A stretch of 30,013 nt of DNA. It comes from a virus (lineage: Duplodnaviria > Caudoviricetes). The position numbers were made by a program, and so were the translations under genes. Numbering within the stretch: position 1 is the first letter of the stretch; the number at the start of each line of letters is the position of its first letter. Below the pieces are notes generated by a model. The model worked only from the letters and a program-made list of their open reading frames with translations. It was not told where the DNA came from and ran no database searches. Shown one piece after another: positions 26,406 through 30,013 of this stretch. The stretch is from positions 1-30,013 of IMG/VR virus record IMGVR_UViG_3300043393_000115. One strand, written 5' to 3'.

Positions 26406-28226
26406 GTGATGAGTATAACGACAAGAAAGTTTAGCGAATTTACAGATGGTGGTGATTTAGAAAACTCTAATACTACCGTTGGCCTTGAAGGTGGTGCTAA
26501 TACTCGCTTTAACAATCCTTGGACTTTTTTAGCATCAGGTACCACAGGGGATAGACCAGCTCCAGCGGCTGCTATGTATTACAGATTGCGCTTTAACACA
26601 ACCCTTGGAAGTTATGAGTTCTATGACCCTGTATCACTGGCATGGGTACAATTAGAAGATTCCGGTGACATATCCGATTTAATAGCACGTCTTGCAGCAC
26701 ACACCATGGGTGATGGAGCGTCCATGATTGGTCTTCAAAACCAAACAGGGGTGACCAACAAGACAGTACAAGATTTAGCTAATGCTACCATAATAGCCCA
26801 GACCGATAATGGAACTTTAACTAATGGCCAGTTCATGGATGATTTGGCAAATGGAGTTATGTATAACACTGGTGGGGTCTTAGGGGCTGACGCTAATTTT
26901 ACGACCAATGGCACTGGCACTGTTTCAATCACGGGTCAATTAAATGTAGATAATTTAAGGCTGGATGGGAATTCACTTTCTTCTACAAATGCAGGTGGTG
27001 AATTATATCTGCAACCTAATCCAACAGGAGCTTTAATTACTGGCTCTACTGCAACTATAGCCCAATTGACCCCCTATGTCGGCGGGGCTGGTATTTTATA
27101 TATGATTGGATCGACAGCAATAGCGGATAATCCTAATGTGTACTTAATTGGCCTAGGAGAGGCACCATTAAATGTATGTGCTGCTTCCAATGCTTCTGCG
27201 GTTGGCAGTTATTCCCCACTTATAAACGGAAATTTTTTAGGGATATATGACTATCTTGGCGATGATGGAACAAGTCTTAGGTTAAGCGCCCAGGTCCTTT
27301 TTGCGGTAGAAGGTAGCGTTTCAACAGGCATAGTCCCCTCAAGATATATCATCAGAAATACTGATTCGTCAGGAAATTTTAATGATGCTCTTATAATAAA
27401 TGCAGATGGAAATGCCTTTTTTTTCAATAATATTTCTGGTAATAATTTCTTACCAGGCTACGCCACCACAGCAACGGCAGCTACAACTACCACTCTCACC
27501 GTTAACAGTAGATATCTTCAATATTTTACAGGGGTGACTACTCAGACCGTTGTCATGCCTGTGACAAGCACTCTGGTTCTAGGTCAATCTTGGCGTATAG
27601 TGAATAATTCATCAGGCGCTTTGACTATTAATTCCTCTGGGTCAAACTTAATATTAACGATGGCCGCAAACACGAGCGCTGAAATTACCTGTATATTAAC
27701 ATCTGGCACAACGGCTGCGTCTTGGAATTCGACCTATATTTCTGATGCGGGTTCTTCAGGAATAGTAAGCCCTGGAAATATCAATGAGCTTGCCTATTAT
27801 GCTGCTACAGGGAGTACGGTATCGGGCATTACGACGGCAAATAATGCCATATTAACCACGAATGCCTCAGGGGTTCCTTCCTGGACTGCCGCTACTTTTC
27901 CTATCACTTGGTCAGGGGTTCCGGGGGCCACCCAAGCGGCAGCAGTTAACAAAGGATATATAATACAAAATGCAGCTACTACGACGGTCACATTACCCTT
28001 AACGGCAGCCATTGGCTCTATAGTGGCCATAGCAGGCTTAGGAGCTGGAGGATGGGTATTAACGGCTAACACTGGCCAGACAATCAAGTTTTCACCATCG
28101 ACTACTTCAAGTGCTGGCTCGCTAGCTAGTACATCTCAGTATGACACTGTTGAAGTGGTTTGTATTACTGCAGATACTACATGGAGCGTACGTTCTGCAC
28201 CAGGATTAGGACTAACCGTCACTTAA
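26406..28226 (+). CDS. tail fibre-like protein
   Basis: T/G/S/N-rich; SGTTGDRP...LRFNTTLGSYEFYD, VDNLRLDGN, VTLPLTAAIG fibre motifs. Confidence 0.75.
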   Translation: MMSITTRKFSEFTDGGDLENSNTTVGLEGGANTRFNNPWTFLASGTTGDRPAPAAAMYYRLRFNTTLGSYEFYDPVSLAWVQLEDSGDISDLIARLAAHTMGDGASMIGLQNQTGVTNKTVQDLANATIIAQTDNGTLTNGQFMDDLANGVMYNTGGVLGADANFTTNGTGTVSITGQLNVDNLRLDGNSLSSTNAGGELYLQPNPTGALITGSTATIAQLTPYVGGAGILYMIGSTAIADNPNVYLIGLGEAPLNVCAASNASAVGSYSPLINGNFLGIYDYLGDDGTSLRLSAQVLFAVEGSVSTGIVPSRYIIRNTDSSGNFNDALIINADGNAFFFNNISGNNFLPGYATTATAATTTTLTVNSRYLQYFTGVTTQTVVMPVTSTLVLGQSWRIVNNSSGALTINSSGSNLILTMAANTSAEITCILTSGTTAASWNSTYISDAGSSGIVSPGNINELAYYAATGSTVSGITTANNAILTTNASGVPSWTAATFPITWSGVPGATQAAAVNKGYIIQNAATTTVTLPLTAAIGSIVAIAGLGAGGWVLTANTGQTIKFSPSTTSSAGSLASTSQYDTVEVVCITADTTWSVRSAPGLGLTVT

Positions 28227-28239
28227 AAAAGGATTTATT

Positions 28240-28815
28240 ATGGCCACTATAAATAGTGTAGGAGTAGGTCTATCAGGGGCTAGCGGCACTGGCTCTTTCG
28301 CAGGCACCACCTCTCCTACCTTTGTAACACCAACCTTAGGAGTAGCCACAGCCACAAGCATAGGCTTTGGGGGTAATACTATTCAGACCTATATAGCTGG
28401 CGCGACTTTCTCCCCTCTCCCTACGATAACAGCGGCTACGATGGGTGATTTATCAGTGTCTTATTCTGTTCAGACTGGTACTTATACTAAGATAGGCATA
28501 CTAGTCATGGTCAACATAGCCTTAACCTTTACACCAACGTTTACAACGGCAACAGGAAATTTGCAGATTTCTAATATGCCCTTTGCAGGGGCTGCCACTG
28601 GGTACTCTATTAACGTACTTAGTACTAGCTCGAATATGGTTTGGCCTGTTGGACGAACTCAAATGTGCGGGGCTATAATAAGTGGCACGACAAACTTGAT
28701 ACTTTCTTGTTTTGGGTCGGCTGTAAATGCTTCAAATTTTGCCATAACCAATTTGACTTCAGGGGTGGCTACAGCTATTACGTTATCAGGGCTGTATAGA
28801 ACAAGTACGGCATAA
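28240..28815 (+). CDS. short tail fibre / receptor-binding tip protein
   Basis: TSPTFVTPTLGVATATS shaft motif; GTYTKIGILVMV...ISNMPF tip motif. Confidence 0.72.
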   Translation: MATINSVGVGLSGASGTGSFAGTTSPTFVTPTLGVATATSIGFGGNTIQTYIAGATFSPLPTITAATMGDLSVSYSVQTGTYTKIGILVMVNIALTFTPTFTTATGNLQISNMPFAGAATGYSINVLSTSSNMVWPVGRTQMCGAIISGTTNLILSCFGSAVNASNFAITNLTSGVATAITLSGLYRTSTA

Positions 28816-28840
28816 TTTAACTACTAAAAGGAAATAAAAA

Positions 28841-29068
28841 ATGGCTGCAGAAATAAAAGCAATGCAAGATGCTTTGGAAGCATTTAAAATTAAAAAAACT
28901 GAATTTGTTATGCAAAAAGAACAAACCCAAGCTACTTTTCATCAATTAAGCGGAGCTGTCATTGTCTTAGAGCGCCTGATTGCCGAACATCAAGAAAAAA
29001 TAGAAAAAGAACTTAAAAAAGCTAGCGGAGAAGAGAATGGCGAAGTTGAGTGCGAAAACAAGGAATAA
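28841..29068 (+). CDS. coiled-coil protein, possible fibre chaperone
   Basis: Helical, charged; follows the fibre gene. Confidence 0.6.
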   Translation: MAAEIKAMQDALEAFKIKKTEFVMQKEQTQATFHQLSGAVIVLERLIAEHQEKIEKELKKASGEENGEVECENKE

Positions 29069-29261
29069 GCTTCCTAAAAGTGATTTTGGTCTGCCAGGGC
29101 AAAAAAAATATCCTATGCCTGACAAATCTCACGCAGCCAATGCGAAAGCACGCGCCACCCAAATGGTGGCCAAAGGTAAACTATCAGAATCCAGCAAAGA
29201 AAAAATAGACGCGAAAGCAAATCGAATTCTTGACGGCGGCAAAAGGGGAGCTAAGAAATGA
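29037..29261 (+). CDS. small basic phage protein (LPKSDFGLPG..KYPMPDKSHAANAKAR)
   Basis: Lys/Ala-rich; motif recalled from phage hypothetical proteins. Confidence 0.75.
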   Translation: MAKLSAKTRNKLPKSDFGLPGQKKYPMPDKSHAANAKARATQMVAKGKLSESSKEKIDAKANRILDGGKRGAKK

Positions 29262-29323
29262 AAGAACAAAGAAAAAATGATGATAAAAGAAATAGTGGTA
29301 AGAAAAATAAAAAGGGATGCTAA
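29258..29323 (+). CDS. 21-aa basic peptide MKEQRKNDDKRNSGKKNKKGC, not in ORF track
   Basis: GGGGAG RBS and ATGA overlap with the upstream stop. Confidence 0.5.
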   Translation: MKEQRKNDDKRNSGKKNKKGC

Positions 29324-29335
29324 AAGGAGAACATC

Positions 29336-29536
29336 ATGGCTTATGAAAATGCACCAATTAAAAGAAATGATACTTCCGGTGCTGACAGGAAAGTTAGAAC
29401 GGGTTATAATGAAGAAATTGATCGCGCCAAAAGCGCTAGAAATTCGCAGTTAACAGATTCCGACCCCATGATTGAAAAAGATGGATTTTTAGGCGTGGAT
29501 AATTTAGACAAAATGAGACGTAGAAAGATTAGGTAG
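29336..29536 (+). CDS. hypothetical protein
   Basis: AAGGAG RBS. Confidence 0.7.
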   Translation: MAYENAPIKRNDTSGADRKVRTGYNEEIDRAKSARNSQLTDSDPMIEKDGFLGVDNLDKMRRRKIR

Positions 29537-29562
29537 TTACTTTAAATCACAAGGAGTGTGAC

Positions 29563-30013
29563 ATGGCTATTACAGCGATAGGACGTTATTTTGTTGGCGA
29601 TCCAAACATTGTCTCTATAGTAACTACTGACAATTTAGCTACAATTACTACTTCTGGTTATATCACTACTCAGGCCGAGGAAATAGAAGCTCTGCAGAAT
29701 GGTGAATTCCAGTGGACTGATACTGATTTAGTATTGATGTATTATTCTCCTGCTCAAATAGGTTTTTTTGTCAGGGACGCTGATAACGATACATTTGATG
29801 CGTTAGATCCTGCTGGTGGCTTGGCTGACACTCTGCAAGACGGAGATATATTCGTAGGAAATGCCTCTAATATAGCAACGGGCGTTTCGCCTTCTGGTGC
29901 TATAACATTAACTAATGCTGGGGTTTTCGGGATTACTGCCGGCGCTATTGTTAACGCTGATATTAATGCGGCTGCAAACATATCGTTTAGCAAACTAGCA
30001 GCTCTTTCAAGTG
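29563..30013 (+). CDS. virion structural/fibre-like protein, truncated by the window end (MAITAIGRYFVGDPN...)
   Basis: AAGGAG RBS; frame open to the end; IFVGNASNIATGV...AIVNADINAAA fibre-like motif. Confidence 0.8.
   Translation, partial: MAITAIGRYFVGDPNIVSIVTTDNLATITTSGYITTQAEEIEALQNGEFQWTDTDLVLMYYSPAQIGFFVRDADNDTFDALDPAGGLADTLQDGDIFVGNASNIATGVSPSGAITLTNAGVFGITAGAIVNADINAAANISFSKLAALSS

Larger units (their letters stand above)
1..30013. mobile_element. P22-like podovirus phage/prophage genome segment
   Basis: Synteny: recombination, Cro-like, replication, terS-terL-portal-scaffold-coat-adaptor-nozzle-ejection proteins-tail fibres. No tape measure or sheath gene and no host housekeeping genes. 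Confidence 0.95.

Noticed and set aside
23860-28815. DGR or invertase-based tail fibre variation
   Set aside because: No reverse transcriptase, recombinase or template/variable repeat pair seen.
28841-29261. Overlapping ORF pair as Rz/Rz1 spanins
   Set aside because: No N-terminal TM helix or lipobox.
3765-29993. Antisense and alternate-frame ORFs in the track (e.g. 3765-4196, 8004-8348, 8565-8849, 14694-14921, 21357-21680, 27797-28087, 29754-29993)
   Set aside because: Shadow ORFs overlapping well-supported genes, with no RBS or recognisable motifs.

Overview
The whole window is an AT-rich segment of a P22-like (podovirus) tailed phage or prophage genome. Gene order from the left: a leftward early operon (small ORFs, RecT-like annealase, RecE-like PD-(D/E)XK exonuclease), a rightward Cro-like regulator, a replication initiator with internal iterons, a cold-shock protein, and a second leftward cluster. 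The rightward late region follows: TerS, TerL, portal, scaffold, P22-type coat, adaptor, nozzle, three ejection-type proteins and several tail fibre or virion genes. Two accessory inserts interrupt it: a ParD-like/RelE toxin-antitoxin pair and a block with a second Rep-like HTH protein. No integrase, CI repressor or lysis genes were recognised. The strongest unexplained signal is at the RNA level: most late genes that are not translationally coupled carry their Shine-Dalgarno (A)GGA in the loop of a hairpin whose stem sequence differs from gene to gene, which is the architecture of a CsrA/RsmA site. Several structured leaders and a phage-encoded RNA chaperone accompany this. Functional calls come from motif recognition and synteny only; no database searches were run.
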